Source: an uncultured Chloroflexia bacterium (GTDB lineage: Bacteria > Chloroflexota > Anaerolineae > CG2-30-64-16). From it: a DNA stretch of 64,000 nt. Made by a program: the position numbers and the translations under genes. The stretch is from NCBI GenBank assembly GCA_963810095.1, contig CAWEMM010000006.1:960001-1024000 (forward strand), written 5' to 3'. The notes under the pieces were generated by a model that was not told where the DNA came from, searched no databases, and was given only the letters and a program-made list of their open reading frames with translations. The stretch's first letter is position 1. Every line of letters starts with the position of its first letter. Shown piece by piece: positions 10,978 to 21,604 of the stretch.

Positions 10978-13226
10978 ATGCAACAGTATTCATACACTAC
11001 CACGATTGGCGGCCGCGACATCACGATCGAGAGCGGCACGTGGGCCAAGCTCGCGGCCGGCTCCGTGACCGTCCGCTCGGGCGACTCGGTCTTGCTCGGC
11101 ACCGTGACGTCGGCCGGCCCCGCGAGGGCGGCGACTTCTTCCCGCTCAGCGTCGACTTTGAGGAAAGGCTCTACGCCGCAGGCCGTATTCCCGGCAGCTT
11201 CCAGCGCCGCGAGTCCCGGCCCTCCGACCAGGCCATCCTGACCTCCCGCTTGATCGACCGGCCGCTCCGCCCGCTGTTCGCCAAGGGCTTCCTGAACGAA
11301 GTGCAGGTCATCATCACGGCCCTGGCGCGCGATCCCGAGCTGCACCTCGACATCCTGGCCATCATCGCCGCCAGCGCGGCCGTCACCATTTCGGACATCC
11401 CCTGGGAAGGCCCGATCGGTGCAGTCCGCGTCGGCTTCATCGACGGCGCGTTCGTCATCAACCCGACCGTCGACCAGATGAACTCCTCCACCCTTGACCT
11501 GCGCATGGCGGGCACCAAGGACGCCATCCTGATGGTCGAGGCGGGCGCGGACGAGCTGCCCGAAGACCTGATGCTGGAAGCACTGCGGACCGGCTGGGAA
11601 GCGATGCAGCCCATCATCGAGCTCCAGGAGAAGATGCGCGCGGAGATCGGCAAGCCGAAGTACGAGTACGCGCCCATCCTGGCCGATGCCGCCGCGCAGA
11701 CCGCCGTCACCGGTTGGATCGGCGGCCGCATGGCCGAGATCTTCGCCACGCCGCTGAAGAAGCAGGAACAGAACGCAGCCATGAAGGCGCTGCGCACCGA
11801 GCTGCTGGCCGCGTTGGGCGAGCAGCACGATCCCAAGGCCCTCGCCATGGCGTTCGACAACGTCGAAAAGAAGGTCGTGCGCGAAAACATCCTCGGTCGC
11901 GGGGTCCGTCCCGACAATCGCGGCACGAAAGAGATCCGGCCCATCGACGTGCAGGTAGGCGTTCTGCCGCGCGTCCACGGCAGCGGACTCTTCACCCGCG
12001 GCGAGACCCAGGTCCTGACCGTCGCCACGTTGGGCACGCCCGGCGACGCGCAGAAGCTGGACACCCTCGGGATGGAAGAATCCAAGCGCTACATGCACCA
12101 CTACAATTTCCCGCCCTTCTCCACGGGCGAGGTGGCCCCGAACCGCGGCCCCAAACGCCGCGAGATCGGCCACGGTGCACTGGCCGAGCGCGCGCTCGAG
12201 CCCATGATCCCCGCGCAGGAGTCCTTTGCGTACACGCTGCGCCTGGTCTCTGAAGCCATCTCATCCAACGGCTCGACGTCAATGGCCTCCGTCTGCGGCA
12301 GCACGCTGGCGCTCATGGATGCCGGCGTTCCGATCAAGGCGCCGGTGGCCGGCATCGCGATGGGCCTGATTACCGATGGCGACGTCAGCGCGGCGAACCT
12401 GCGCTACGCGATCCTGAGCGATATCCAGGGCCTCGAAGATCACCTGGGCGACATGGACTTCAAGGTGGCGGGCACCGAGCACGGCATCACCGCGCTCCAG
12501 ATGGACATCAAGATCCACGGCCTGACGCAGAAGATCCTGGAAGAGGCGATGGCCCAGGCGCGCGAAGGCCGCCTGTTCATCCTCGGCAAGATGCTCGACG
12601 TGCTGCCCGCGCCGCGCAAGTCGCTCTCGGTCCATGCGCCCCGTATCATCACGGTGCACATCGACCCCGAGAAGATCGGCAAGGTGATTGGCCCCGGCGG
12701 CAAGATGATCCGCAGCCTGCAAGAGCAGTACAGCGTGAAGATCGACATCGAGGACGACGGCTCGGTCTTCATCTCGGGTGCGGAAGGCCAGGGCGCCGAA
12801 ATGGCAGCTTCGGAAATCGAAAAGATGACCGAGGAAATCAAGATCGGCCGCATCTACACGGGCAAGGTCGTGCGCATCGAGTCCTACGGCGCCTTTGTCG
12901 AAATTGCGCCCGGCCAGGATGGTATGGTACATATTAGCCAGCTCGCTGACTACCGTGTGCCGAGCGTCGAAGATGTGGTGAAGCTTGACGATGAGATCAC
13001 CGTCATGGTGACCGACATCGATCCTGCCGGCAAGATACGCCTCAGCCGCCAGGCCGTCCTCGAAGGCTGGACCCCCGAAGAAGCCCGCGAACGCGATCGC
13101 GGCTCGGGCGGCGGCGGCCGGGGTGGCCCGGGCGGTGGTGACCGCGGCCCGCGCGGCGGTGGCGACCGTGGTGGTGACCGTGGGCGCGGCGGCGATCGCG
13201 GCGGATATCGCGGCCCCCGCAACTAG
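10978..13226 (+). CDS. pnp: Polyribonucleotide nucleotidyltransferase, frameshift near 11120
   Basis: [13 protein letters not shown] start joins [11 protein letters not shown]; [25 protein letters not shown]; KH and S1 domains; RGG-rich tail. Confidence 0.96.
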
Positions 13227-13296
13227 GCGAACGTGTGTGTGGCAGGGGCGACCTGTGGCCGTCCCTGCCAGGCAGAACAACCCGAATCCCTTTTGC

Positions 13297-13333
13297 GAGT
13301 GAGCACTAACAAGTGAGCACAAACGAGTGAGTC
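13297..13333 (+). repeat. 14-bp tandem repeat (~2.6 copies) directly before the lepB start
   Basis: GAGTGAGCACTAAC AAGTGAGCACAAAC GAGTGAGTC-ATG. Confidence 0.6.
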
Positions 13334-13939
13334 ATGAACAATGACCTACCGGCGCTTCCCCAACCGGAAGCACCGAACCCAGGCGCGCCAGAGGCCGGCA
13401 GGCCCAAGGCACGCTCCGGCATAGGTGCCTGGTTGGGGTCCGCATTACGAGACGCAGCAGGAACCATCATTCCTGCAATCGTCATCGCACTCCTGATCCA
13501 CGTCTTTCTGGCCCAGGCCACCCGGGTTTACGGCCAGAGCATGGAGCCCAACCTCCACACCAACGAGCGATTGGTGATCGAGAAGTTCAGCTACCACTTC
13601 CACGGCCCCCGGCGGGGCGACGTCGTGGTGCTGCGCGACCCGGGCGGCAGCCCCGAGCTGCTGATCAAGCGCGTCGTGGGCCTGCCGGGCGAGCGCGTAA
13701 CCCTGGCCGACGGCCGGGTCTACATCGACGGGAAGCCACTCGACGAGCCGTATCTGAATCAGTCGACCAATGGCGGGGGCCGCTCGTGGGTCGTGCCGCC
13801 CTTGTCCGTGTTCGTGATGGGCGACAACCGGTCCGCCAGCCGTGACTCGCGCATCTTCGGTACGGTGGCGCTGGAGGAGCTGGTGGGCAGAGCCTTGTTC
13901 CGCTATTGGCCCTTGGGCGAGGTCGGGCCCGTTCCGTAA
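13334..13939 (+). CDS. lepB: Signal peptidase I
   Basis: GQSMEPNL (Ser), IKRVVGLPGE (Lys), MGDNR..S.DSR.FG. Confidence 0.95.
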   Translation: MNNDLPALPQPEAPNPGAPEAGRPKARSGIGAWLGSALRDAAGTIIPAIVIALLIHVFLAQATRVYGQSMEPNLHTNERLVIEKFSYHFHGPRRGDVVVLRDPGGSPELLIKRVVGLPGERVTLADGRVYIDGKPLDEPYLNQSTNGGGRSWVVPPLSVFVMGDNRSASRDSRIFGTVALEELVGRALFRYWPLGEVGPVP

Positions 13940-13970
13940 CGACCGCTAGCAATGAATGTTCCACTAACTC

Positions 13971-14009
13971 GAGGACCCGGCCTGTCAGCAGGCCGGGTCC
14001 TTCTTTTTT
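13971..14009 (+). terminator. Rho-independent terminator
   Basis: GGACCCGGCCTG-tcag-CAGGCCGGGTCC followed by TTCTTTTTT. Confidence 0.85.
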
Positions 14010-14112
14010 CCCGCCCCTCCCTGCGATTAGCAACTCGCAGTTCGGATGCACGTATACAGAGACAACTGAGCATCAGGATGCGATACGACCCGTGGGCAAA
14101 GGAGTGCCAACC

Positions 14113-14592
14113 ATGCAGCAGGTAATGCCAAAGAAAATCGGCGTGAAATATCTGATGGGCAGCGGCGACAAGATCATGTTGCTCACGCTGCCGTTCCTCG
14201 TCGTCGGCCTGATCTTCAATATCCTGTATCCTTCCTTCTTCAGCGTGGGCGGCCCGTCCACCGCGTTGAAGGTGCTCTCCATCGTCGTCCTGGTTCCCGG
14301 GGTCGTCATTTGGCTGTGGTCGGTCGTTCTGATCCTGACACGCGTGTCTCGCGGCGAACTGATCACCACCGGTCCGTATGCCCTGGTCAAGCACCCGCTG
14401 TACACGAGCGTGAGCCTGCTGGTGCTGCCGTGGGCCGGCTTTCTACTCAACACCTGGTTGGGCCTCCTGCTCGGGATAGTGCTCTACCTGGCCGCGAGAA
14501 GGTACGCGCCGGAAGAGGAACGGGCCCTCGCGATCACGTTCGGTGCCAAATGGTATAAGTACAGCGCCCAGGTCAAAGTACCGTGGCTTTGA
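14113..14592 (+). CDS. Isoprenylcysteine carboxyl methyltransferase/PEMT family membrane protein
   Basis: LITTGPYALVKHPLY and EEERAL..FG..W..Y...V motifs; multiple TMs. Confidence 0.8.
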   Translation: MQQVMPKKIGVKYLMGSGDKIMLLTLPFLVVGLIFNILYPSFFSVGGPSTALKVLSIVVLVPGVVIWLWSVVLILTRVSRGELITTGPYALVKHPLYTSVSLLVLPWAGFLLNTWLGLLLGIVLYLAARRYAPEEERALAITFGAKWYKYSAQVKVPWL

Positions 14593-14636
14593 GAGCCTAG
14601 CGCCGTCCAGCGAGGGTGTTGCGGCAAGGAGTTAGT

Positions 14637-16088
14637 ATGATGACTGTCCCCACGTCGTCTGTCGGGGGGTCTTACGCGGCGATCGAGGCCTATGTGAAGC
14701 AGCAGATGCGCCGGCTGAACCTGCCCGGCGCCGCGCTGGCGATCGTCGAAGGGGACTGCATCACCCATGTGGAAGGCTTCGGCCGCGCCCGCCCTGACGG
14801 CCGGCCACCGGCCCCGCAGACACCCTTCGGCATCGGGTCGACCACCAAGTCCGTCACTGCGCTGGCCGTCATGCAACTCGTCGAAGCGGGCATGGTCGAC
14901 CTCGACGCGCCGGTGCAGCATTACCTGCCTTGGTTCCAGACGGCCGACCGCGTTACCTCCGCCCACATCACCGTGCGCCACCTGCTCAACCAGACCAGCG
15001 GACTGCCGTTGGGAGCGGGGTGGGCAGCACTGGCAGACTTGGACGCTCGGCCCGGCGCGGCCGAGCGACAGGCGCGCGCCCTCGCTGCGATCCGGCCTCA
15101 CGGCCCTCCCGGGGCGAAGTTCGAATACAGCAACCTGAACTACAACCTGCTGGGCCTGGTGATCGAGGCAGTCGCCGGTCAATCCTACGCTGCCTACCTC
15201 GAAGACCACATCTTCGGCCCACTCGGCATGGCTCACAGCCATTCCTCCAGGGTCGCGGCCAGGCACGACGACATGGCGGTGGGCCACCTGTCCTGGTTCG
15301 GCGTTCCGATCCCCGCGCCCAACCTGTCCGACGCGAGCGGCTGCCTGGCCTCCGGGCAGCTCCTTGCGAGCGCGGAGGACATGGCCCGCTATCTCATCGC
15401 ACACCTCAACGGGGGCCGCTGCGGCCCGGCGCAGATTCTTTCGCCGGCCGGCATGGCCGAACTCCATCGCCCCGCGGTCGACGCGGGCACATTGTTCGTC
15501 AAAGAGCAGTATGCGATGGGCTGGTTTGTCGAGTCGCGAGGCGACATCACGCTTCTGTCGCACACAGGCATGGTGCCCGACTTCTTCACCTACATGGCCT
15601 TGCTTCCCGAACAAAAGCGGGGGGTGGTTCTGCTGCTCAACGTCGACCACTTCACGATGCAGCTCACGATGGCGGAAGTGGGCGCGGGGCTCGCCATGTT
15701 GCTCGCGGGCCAGCCGCCCCCGCCCATCCGGCTCGGCGCGATTCCCTGGGCGGTGCGCGGCCTGCCGCTCATCCCGCTCCTGCAGGTGGCCGGCATCGTC
15801 GCGACCGTGGGCCTCGTGCGCGGGTGGCGGATGGATCCATTGCGCCGCCCAAGCCGCGGGCGCCTGTGGGGGCAGCACGTCCTGCTCCCGCTGCTGCCCA
15901 ACGTGCTGCTCGCCTCAGGCGCGGCCTGGTTGTTCCGCAGCCGGCTGTTCGGCTTCATGCGCCTCTTCGCACCCGACGTCACGGCGACCGCGCTGCTGTC
16001 TGGCGGCATCGCCGGCCTATGGGCCATCCTGCGCACCGGGCTCGTGGTGCGCGCCGCAACCGCCCGTAAGACGGAGGAGGTCCGATGA
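14637..16088 (+). CDS. Serine hydrolase (beta-lactamase class C-like) with C-terminal TM helices
   Basis: SxxK (STTK), LLNQTSG, YSN, HTG motifs. Confidence 0.85.
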   Translation: MMTVPTSSVGGSYAAIEAYVKQQMRRLNLPGAALAIVEGDCITHVEGFGRARPDGRPPAPQTPFGIGSTTKSVTALAVMQLVEAGMVDLDAPVQHYLPWFQTADRVTSAHITVRHLLNQTSGLPLGAGWAALADLDARPGAAERQARALAAIRPHGPPGAKFEYSNLNYNLLGLVIEAVAGQSYAAYLEDHIFGPLGMAHSHSSRVAARHDDMAVGHLSWFGVPIPAPNLSDASGCLASGQLLASAEDMARYLIAHLNGGRCGPAQILSPAGMAELHRPAVDAGTLFVKEQYAMGWFVESRGDITLLSHTGMVPDFFTYMALLPEQKRGVVLLLNVDHFTMQLTMAEVGAGLAMLLAGQPPPPIRLGAIPWAVRGLPLIPLLQVAGIVATVGLVRGWRMDPLRRPSRGRLWGQHVLLPLLPNVLLASGAAWLFRSRLFGFMRLFAPDVTATALLSGGIAGLWAILRTGLVVRAATARKTEEVR

Positions 16089-16975
16089 GGTCGCCTGCTC
16101 AAGTTCGCCCCTATCAGATCGTCGATATCCCCCGGGCGCGCCAGATCGTCGTCAGCTTCCTGGACCTGAGTTCCGGAGGCCACTACATTTACGGACTGGT
16201 CGAAGTAGATGTTACGCTGGCGCGCCGCCGCCTGGCCTCCTATCAGGCCCAGACGGGCGAGCACCTGTCCTTCACCGGCTACCTGATTTTTTGTCTCGCC
16301 CAGGCTGTCGACGAGAACAAGGCGGTGCAGGCCTACCGGAAGGGCCACAAGCAGCTCGTGGTGTTCGACGATGTGGACGTGGGCATCATGGTCGAGCACG
16401 AGTTCGGCGCGGCGCCCGCCGCCGCCCAGCCCGGCGTGCCCGGCTCAAGCGAGTCGCGCGCGCCGATCGGACATGTTATCAAGCGCGCCAACCACAAGAC
16501 GTACATGGAGATTCATCGGGAGATCCGCTCGCTGCAAACGCAAACACCGCAGCGCAAGGACATGCCGTCGTGGATGAAGTTTACGCTGGGGCTGCCCGGC
16601 CCGCTCCAGAAGGGGCTCGTCGCCCTGGCCGGGGCCGCCATGCACCGAGACCCGGCCGGGATGTGGGTGCCCATGGCGGGCACCGTCGGCGTCACCTCGG
16701 TCGGCATGTTCGGCAAGAGCAGCGGCTGGGGGTTGAGCGCGCCGAACGGGCACAACCTGGCATTGACCGTTGGCGGCATCGCCCGCAAGCCGGCCGTCGT
16801 CGGCGACCGCGTCGAGCCCCGCGAGCTTCTGAGCCTGACGCTGGCATTCAACCACGACGTCGTCGACGGTGCGCCGGCCGCCCGCTTTACCCGGCGCCTG
16901 ATCGAGTTGATCGAAGGCGGGTGCGGGCTCGAGATGATCGGACCCGATTCACCCGGCGAGCGGATTCACGCCTAA
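16085..16975 (+). CDS. Stand-alone 2-oxoacid dehydrogenase E2-like acyltransferase catalytic domain
   Basis: HDVVDGAPAARF catalytic motif; no lipoyl domain. Confidence 0.8.
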   Translation: MRSPAQVRPYQIVDIPRARQIVVSFLDLSSGGHYIYGLVEVDVTLARRRLASYQAQTGEHLSFTGYLIFCLAQAVDENKAVQAYRKGHKQLVVFDDVDVGIMVEHEFGAAPAAAQPGVPGSSESRAPIGHVIKRANHKTYMEIHREIRSLQTQTPQRKDMPSWMKFTLGLPGPLQKGLVALAGAAMHRDPAGMWVPMAGTVGVTSVGMFGKSSGWGLSAPNGHNLALTVGGIARKPAVVGDRVEPRELLSLTLAFNHDVVDGAPAARFTRRLIELIEGGCGLEMIGPDSPGERIHA

Positions 16976-17001
16976 ATGTCGCTTGTGGTAATATCGCGGC
17001 C

Positions 17002-18840
17002 ATGAACACGGGCACGCGTTGGAATCCATTTACGAAGCAATTAGTCGTCGTGGCTTTGCTCGTCGGCGCCGTGTTCGTCCTGTTCCGCGTCAGCGAGATC
17101 ATTCCCCCGCTCATCATTGCGCTGTTCCTGTCTTACCTGATTGCAACCGTCATCCCCTGGCTCCAGCGCAACACCGGCTGGTCACGCGGCGCCGCCGCGA
17201 TCATCATAGAGCTTTTCGTCGTGCTTCTGGTGTTCACCCTGCCCGCCCTCATCATGCCCTGGCTGATCAACGCGGTGACGGGCTTCGCCACGACCTTCGG
17301 CAAGGTCGTCAACGAGTTGCTGAGCGTCACGCCCAAGCCGATCGAAATCACGCCCAAGCTCATCATCAACCTGGGCCCGTTCTACCAGCCGATTAACCAG
17401 TGGCTGCGCGGCGTGGTGGGGCCCGAGATCGGCAACCTGCAGAACCTGCTCAATCTGCAGGACCTGCAGGGGTTCCTCACGCCTTTTGCCAGCGGCGTCA
17501 CCACGGTCCTCAAAGGCGCGGTCAGCGGCATCATCTGGTTCTTCTTCATCCTCGTCGTCGCCTTTTACGTCTCTCGGGACGGCGAACGGTTCGGCCGGTT
17601 CGTGTCCGAGCGCGTGCCAGACGACTGGCGTCCCGAGTTCGGCCGGCTCTGGCGTGAGCTTGCGCTCATTTGGGACTCGTTCGTGCGCGGCCAGTTGCTC
17701 CTCGCGCTGATCGTGGGCGTGGTCGTCTGGATCTCGATGACGATCCTGGGCATCGCCAACGCCCCGGTTCTCGGCCTCATCTCTGCCGTGCTCGAATTCG
17801 TCCCTTCGATCGGCCCGGTGCTGGCGGCCGTGCCCGGCGTGCTGATTGCGCTTGTGCTAGGCTCCACCTGGATTCCGCTGCCCAACACGTGGTTTGCAGT
17901 GCTCGTCGGCTTCGTCTATTTCCTCATCCAGCAAGTCGAAAACCTCTACCTCCTCCCCCGCGTCGTCGGCGCGCGCATCCGTTTGCACCCGGTTGTCGTG
18001 ATCGTCGGCGCCCTTGCCGGGAATGCAATCGCCGGCATCCTGGGCATCCTGCTCGCAGCTCCCACCATCGCATGCGCCCGCGTGCTGGGCGGCTATGCGC
18101 TGAGAAAACTGTTCGACCAGGAGCCCTTCGCCGAGCCGGAGACCCCCGACCTGCGCCTGATTTGGGGTGAGCTGGTGCAGAAACGCGAGATCGCGGCCAT
18201 CCTGTTCGACATCGACGGGACGCTGGTGGAGAGCGACGACTATGTGGCCCGCTGGGTGTCGGATTCGCTGCGGGTGGGCGGCAGGCTGATGCCCGAGGCG
18301 CGCCGGGTCCAGCTTGCGCGGCGGAGCGTGATGGCGCTCGAGGGCCCAACGAACCTGGCAGTGAGCCTCCTCGACACAGTCGGCCTGGACGAGCCGGCCT
18401 TCCGGTTGCGCCGATGGATGCGGCGCGCGACGGGCGTGGCCGAAGCCGGTGGGTGCGCGTGCGTCGACGGCACTGCGGAAGCCCTGCGCGTGATGCGCAG
18501 CCGCGGCTACCTGCTCGGCGTAGTGACGAACCGCAATCGGGACGAGGCGGATGCCATCCTTCAGGACGCGGGACTGCGTCCGCTGGTTGGCATCGTGATC
18601 ACTCGGGAAGACAGCGCGCGCATGAAACCGCACCCCATGCCGGTGCTCATCGCGGCGGAGAAACTCGGCGTCAAGGCCGAACAGTGCATCATGGTGGGCG
18701 ATACCAGCGTGGACATTCGGGCGGGGAAATCGGCGGGCAGCCTGGCAGTCGGAGTGCGTTGCGGTTTCGGCCAGGATGGCGACTTCCGTGAGGCCGACCT
18801 GGTGCTCGACAAGCCCGCGGACCTGACGGGGTGGCTGTAG
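17002..18840 (+). CDS. AI-2E family transporter fused to C-terminal HAD-family phosphatase
   Basis: FVRGQLL, LEFVPSIGP, IQQVENLYLLPRVVG (AI-2E); FDIDGTL, VVTN, MKPHP, VGDT..D (HAD); one continuous frame. Confidence 0.85.
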   Translation: MNTGTRWNPFTKQLVVVALLVGAVFVLFRVSEIIPPLIIALFLSYLIATVIPWLQRNTGWSRGAAAIIIELFVVLLVFTLPALIMPWLINAVTGFATTFGKVVNELLSVTPKPIEITPKLIINLGPFYQPINQWLRGVVGPEIGNLQNLLNLQDLQGFLTPFASGVTTVLKGAVSGIIWFFFILVVAFYVSRDGERFGRFVSERVPDDWRPEFGRLWRELALIWDSFVRGQLLLALIVGVVVWISMTILGIANAPVLGLISAVLEFVPSIGPVLAAVPGVLIALVLGSTWIPLPNTWFAVLVGFVYFLIQQVENLYLLPRVVGARIRLHPVVVIVGALAGNAIAGILGILLAAPTIACARVLGGYALRKLFDQEPFAEPETPDLRLIWGELVQKREIAAILFDIDGTLVESDDYVARWVSDSLRVGGRLMPEARRVQLARRSVMALEGPTNLAVSLLDTVGLDEPAFRLRRWMRRATGVAEAGGCACVDGTAEALRVMRSRGYLLGVVTNRNRDEADAILQDAGLRPLVGIVITREDSARMKPHPMPVLIAAEKLGVKAEQCIMVGDTSVDIRAGKSAGSLAVGVRCGFGQDGDFREADLVLDKPADLTGWL

Positions 18841-18879
18841 GCCTGCGACTCAGACGAAAGAAACGGATCAGAAGCGGTT

Positions 18880-18937
18880 CAGAAACCAGGTTTTTGGCAA
18901 AGGCCTGGTTTCTTTGTGTCCTCGTGCCTTTGTGTTA
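18880..18937. repeat. REP-like palindrome (GAAACCAGGTTT family) plus CTTTGTG periodic arm
   Basis: AGAAACCAGGTTTTT...AAAGGCCTGGTTTCT between convergent genes; similar to 25951-25983 and 34838-34872. Confidence 0.7.
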
Positions 18938-18950
18938 ACACTGGCTTCGC

Positions 18951-19772
18951 CTAGCTGGCAATCCGCAAGCGCTTCTCCACCCATCTCAATAAGAGCGCCA
19001 GCCCGATCGTCATGACAAGATAGAGGAATGCGACCACGTTATAAGTCTCGAAGAAACGAAACGTGCTCGCCGAGTAAACCTTCCCCAACTGCGTGATGTC
19101 CTGCACGCCCAGCACAGACACCAGCGACGAGTCCTTCAGCATCGCCACCAGGTCGTTGCCCAGCGGCGGCAGCACGTTGCGCACGGCCTGGGGCAGGATC
19201 ACCGCCCGCATCGCCTGCCGGTAGCTCATGCCCAGCGAACGCGCCGCCTCCATCTGCCCCCGGCCGATCGACTGGATGCCGGCGCGGAAGATCTCGGCGA
19301 GGAAGGCGCTGTAGCCGATCGTCAGCGCAAGGATGGCGCGCGACGTGAAGTTGAGTTGCCGCACCTGAAAGTCGGCCAGGTGGTTGCCCAGGCCGGCGAG
19401 TGGCCCGACCCGGCCCAGCGCTCCGCCGAACGCATTGACCACCTCGGCCAGGCCCGGCGCGCCGACAAATGCGATGTAGTACAAGATGACCAGCATGGGG
19501 ACGGCCCGGACGATCTCCACATAAAACTGGGAGACTTCCCGCGCCGCCCGGTTCTGCGACACCCGCATCAGCCCGAACACCAGCCCGACCAATAGGGCCA
19601 GCGTGTACGCGACGGCGGTCACATACACCGTGGTGATCACACCCTTGGACACCGCGTTCAAGATCACGCGGTAATCCGCATGGGTAAGCATGATCCACAG
19701 GAAGATCACGCCAAACAGCACCGCCGCCAGCAGCCAATACGGCAGCCGCGATAAACGATTGACAAACAGCAT
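18951..19772 (-). CDS. Polar amino acid ABC transporter permease
   Basis: [26 protein letters not shown] motif; LKDSSL. Confidence 0.93.
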   Translation of the reverse strand: MLFVNRLSRLPYWLLAAVLFGVIFLWIMLTHADYRVILNAVSKGVITTVYVTAVAYTLALLVGLVFGLMRVSQNRAAREVSQFYVEIVRAVPMLVILYYIAFVGAPGLAEVVNAFGGALGRVGPLAGLGNHLADFQVRQLNFTSRAILALTIGYSAFLAEIFRAGIQSIGRGQMEAARSLGMSYRQAMRAVILPQAVRNVLPPLGNDLVAMLKDSSLVSVLGVQDITQLGKVYSASTFRFFETYNVVAFLYLVMTIGLALLLRWVEKRLRIAS

Positions 19773-19787
19773 GTTACACCGAGGGAT

Positions 19788-19882
19788 AATAGGACGCTGA
19801 TCCGACTGATCGAACTGATTTACATGATCCGTTCGGGTAAGATCATGTGAGTCAGTTCGATCAGTTCAATCTGTGTCCTATT
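19788..19882. repeat. Palindromic mini-element, family A, copy 2
   Basis: AATAGGAC...GTCCTATT termini; CTGAT x3 and ATCAG/TCAG x3 at 9-bp spacing. Confidence 0.8.
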
Positions 19883-21604
19883 CTACTTCGCGTTAGCGTC
19901 GTAGAGGAAGAACCAGCGCGTGTTCAGGTGATTTACGAAGCCGTCGTCCTTCATTGTCTTGATCGCCGCGTTGAAGGGTGCGACCAGGTCCGACTTGGGC
20001 GTGAAGATGAAACCGAACTCCTCCGTGCCCAGCGGCTCGTCCAGCGACTTCAGCTTATCCGGGTTGGCCCCGATGTAGCCCTTCGACGACGCCGCGTCCA
20101 TCAGCACCGTATCCACGTCGCCTGCCAGCAGCGCCTGCACCGCCGCCCCGAACGTCTCGAACAGCTTGATCCGCGGGTTGTTCTCCGTGCCGCCGAGCAG
20201 GTCTTGCGCCACGTAGAAGTTCGTCGTCCCCGCCTGCGACCCAATCAGCAGCTTGTCGTTCGCAGCAAACTCTTTCGAGGTCTTGAACCGGTCTTCGTCC
20301 GCCCGCACCAGCATGAACTGCTGCGACACCATGTACGGGTCCGAGAAGTCGACTTGCTTCTTGCGCTCGTCGTTGATCGTGATCCCGTCCATCCCCACGT
20401 CGAACTGCCCGCCCTTCACGGCGGGAATCATCGCATCCCACGAGGACGTTCCCCACTCCACAGTGCAATTCAGCCGCCGGCAAATCTCGTTGACCGCGTC
20501 GTACTCCCATCCCACTGCCTGGCCGGTCTTCGCATCCACAAAGTTCAGCGGCGTGTAGGCGTTCTCGGTCACCGCCTTGATCGTCCGCCCCTTCAGATCG
20601 GGCAACTGCTTGTAGACGTCGGCGCCGTTCGGATTGGCAAGGAAGAACCAGCGGTCGTTCAGGTAATCCAGGTAGCCGTCGGCCTTCATCTGGCCGATGG
20701 CCTGGTTGAAGGGTGCGACCAGGTCCGACTTGGGCGTAAAGATGAAGCCGAACTCCTCGGTGCCCAGCGGCTCGTCCAGCGACTTCAGCTTATCCGGGTT
20801 GGCCCCGACGTAACCCTTCGACGACGCCGCGTCCATCAGCACCGTATCCACGTCGCCTGCCAGCAGCGCCTGCACGGCCGCCCCGAACGTCTCGAACAGC
20901 TTGATCCGCGGGTTCTGCTCGTTCCCGTCCAGCACCTCGTACACTGCCGTGTAGAAGTTCGTCGTCCCCGCCTGCGACCCAATCAGCAGCTTGTCGTTCG
21001 CCTTGAACTCCGCCGCACTGTTGAACCGGCTCTCGTCTGCCCGCACCAGCATGAACTGCTGCGACACCATGTACGGGTCCGAGAAGTCTACTTCCTTCTT
21101 GCGCTCGTCGTTGATCGTGATCCCGTCCATCCCCACGTCAAACTGCCCGCCCTTGACCGCCGGGATCATCGCATCCCACGAGGACGTTCCCCACTCCACG
21201 GTGCAGTTCAGCCGCCGGCAAATCTCGTTGACCGCGTCGTATTCCCACCCAACCGCCTTGCCGGTCTTGGCATCCACGAAGTTTAGCGGTGTATAGGCGT
21301 TTTCGGTCACCGCCTTGATCGTCCGCCCCTTCAGATCGGGCAATCGCAACGTCTTCGCAGCCGCGCTGACATCATTGGCCGGGGCCTGAGCCGTCGCCGC
21401 GGCGGTGGCGCTGGCCGCGGGTGCGGCTGTCGCAGCCACGGCTGTGGCGGGTGCCGCTGTGGCAGCCACGGCTGAAGGCGCCTCCGTTGGCGCGGGCGCA
21501 GCGGTGGGCGCGCTGGTGGTGGCGGCGGGCGCTGGACCGCACGCGGACAAAACCAAGACCACCAGGGCCAGGATCGATACAACACGAAGGATGCGCTTGG
21601 ACAT
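19883..21604 (-). CDS. ABC substrate-binding lipoprotein with two tandem SBP_bac_3 domains
   Basis: Lipobox LSAC; Ala/Thr/Pro linker; two near-identical ~246-aa domains (DNA period 738 bp). Confidence 0.9.
   Translation of the reverse strand: MSKRILRVVSILALVVLVLSACGPAPAATTSAPTAAPAPTEAPSAVAATAAPATAVAATAAPAASATAAATAQAPANDVSAAAKTLRLPDLKGRTIKAVTENAYTPLNFVDAKTGKAVGWEYDAVNEICRRLNCTVEWGTSSWDAMIPAVKGGQFDVGMDGITINDERKKEVDFSDPYMVSQQFMLVRADESRFNSAAEFKANDKLLIGSQAGTTNFYTAVYEVLDGNEQNPRIKLFETFGAAVQALLAGDVDTVLMDAASSKGYVGANPDKLKSLDEPLGTEEFGFIFTPKSDLVAPFNQAIGQMKADGYLDYLNDRWFFLANPNGADVYKQLPDLKGRTIKAVTENAYTPLNFVDAKTGQAVGWEYDAVNEICRRLNCTVEWGTSSWDAMIPAVKGGQFDVGMDGITINDERKKQVDFSDPYMVSQQFMLVRADEDRFKTSKEFAANDKLLIGSQAGTTNFYVAQDLLGGTENNPRIKLFETFGAAVQALLAGDVDTVLMDAASSKGYIGANPDKLKSLDEPLGTEEFGFIFTPKSDLVAPFNAAIKTMKDDGFVNHLNTRWFFLYDANAK

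Noticed and set aside
15364-17001. 1158-aa ORF 15364-18840
   Set aside because: The N-terminal ~545 aa is an off-frame shadow of the hydrolase and E2 genes; the real gene starts at 17002.
19847-21286. Long antisense ORFs (e.g. 19847-21286, 54345-56357, 56346-58442)
   Set aside because: Typical high-GC shadow frames opposite well-supported genes.
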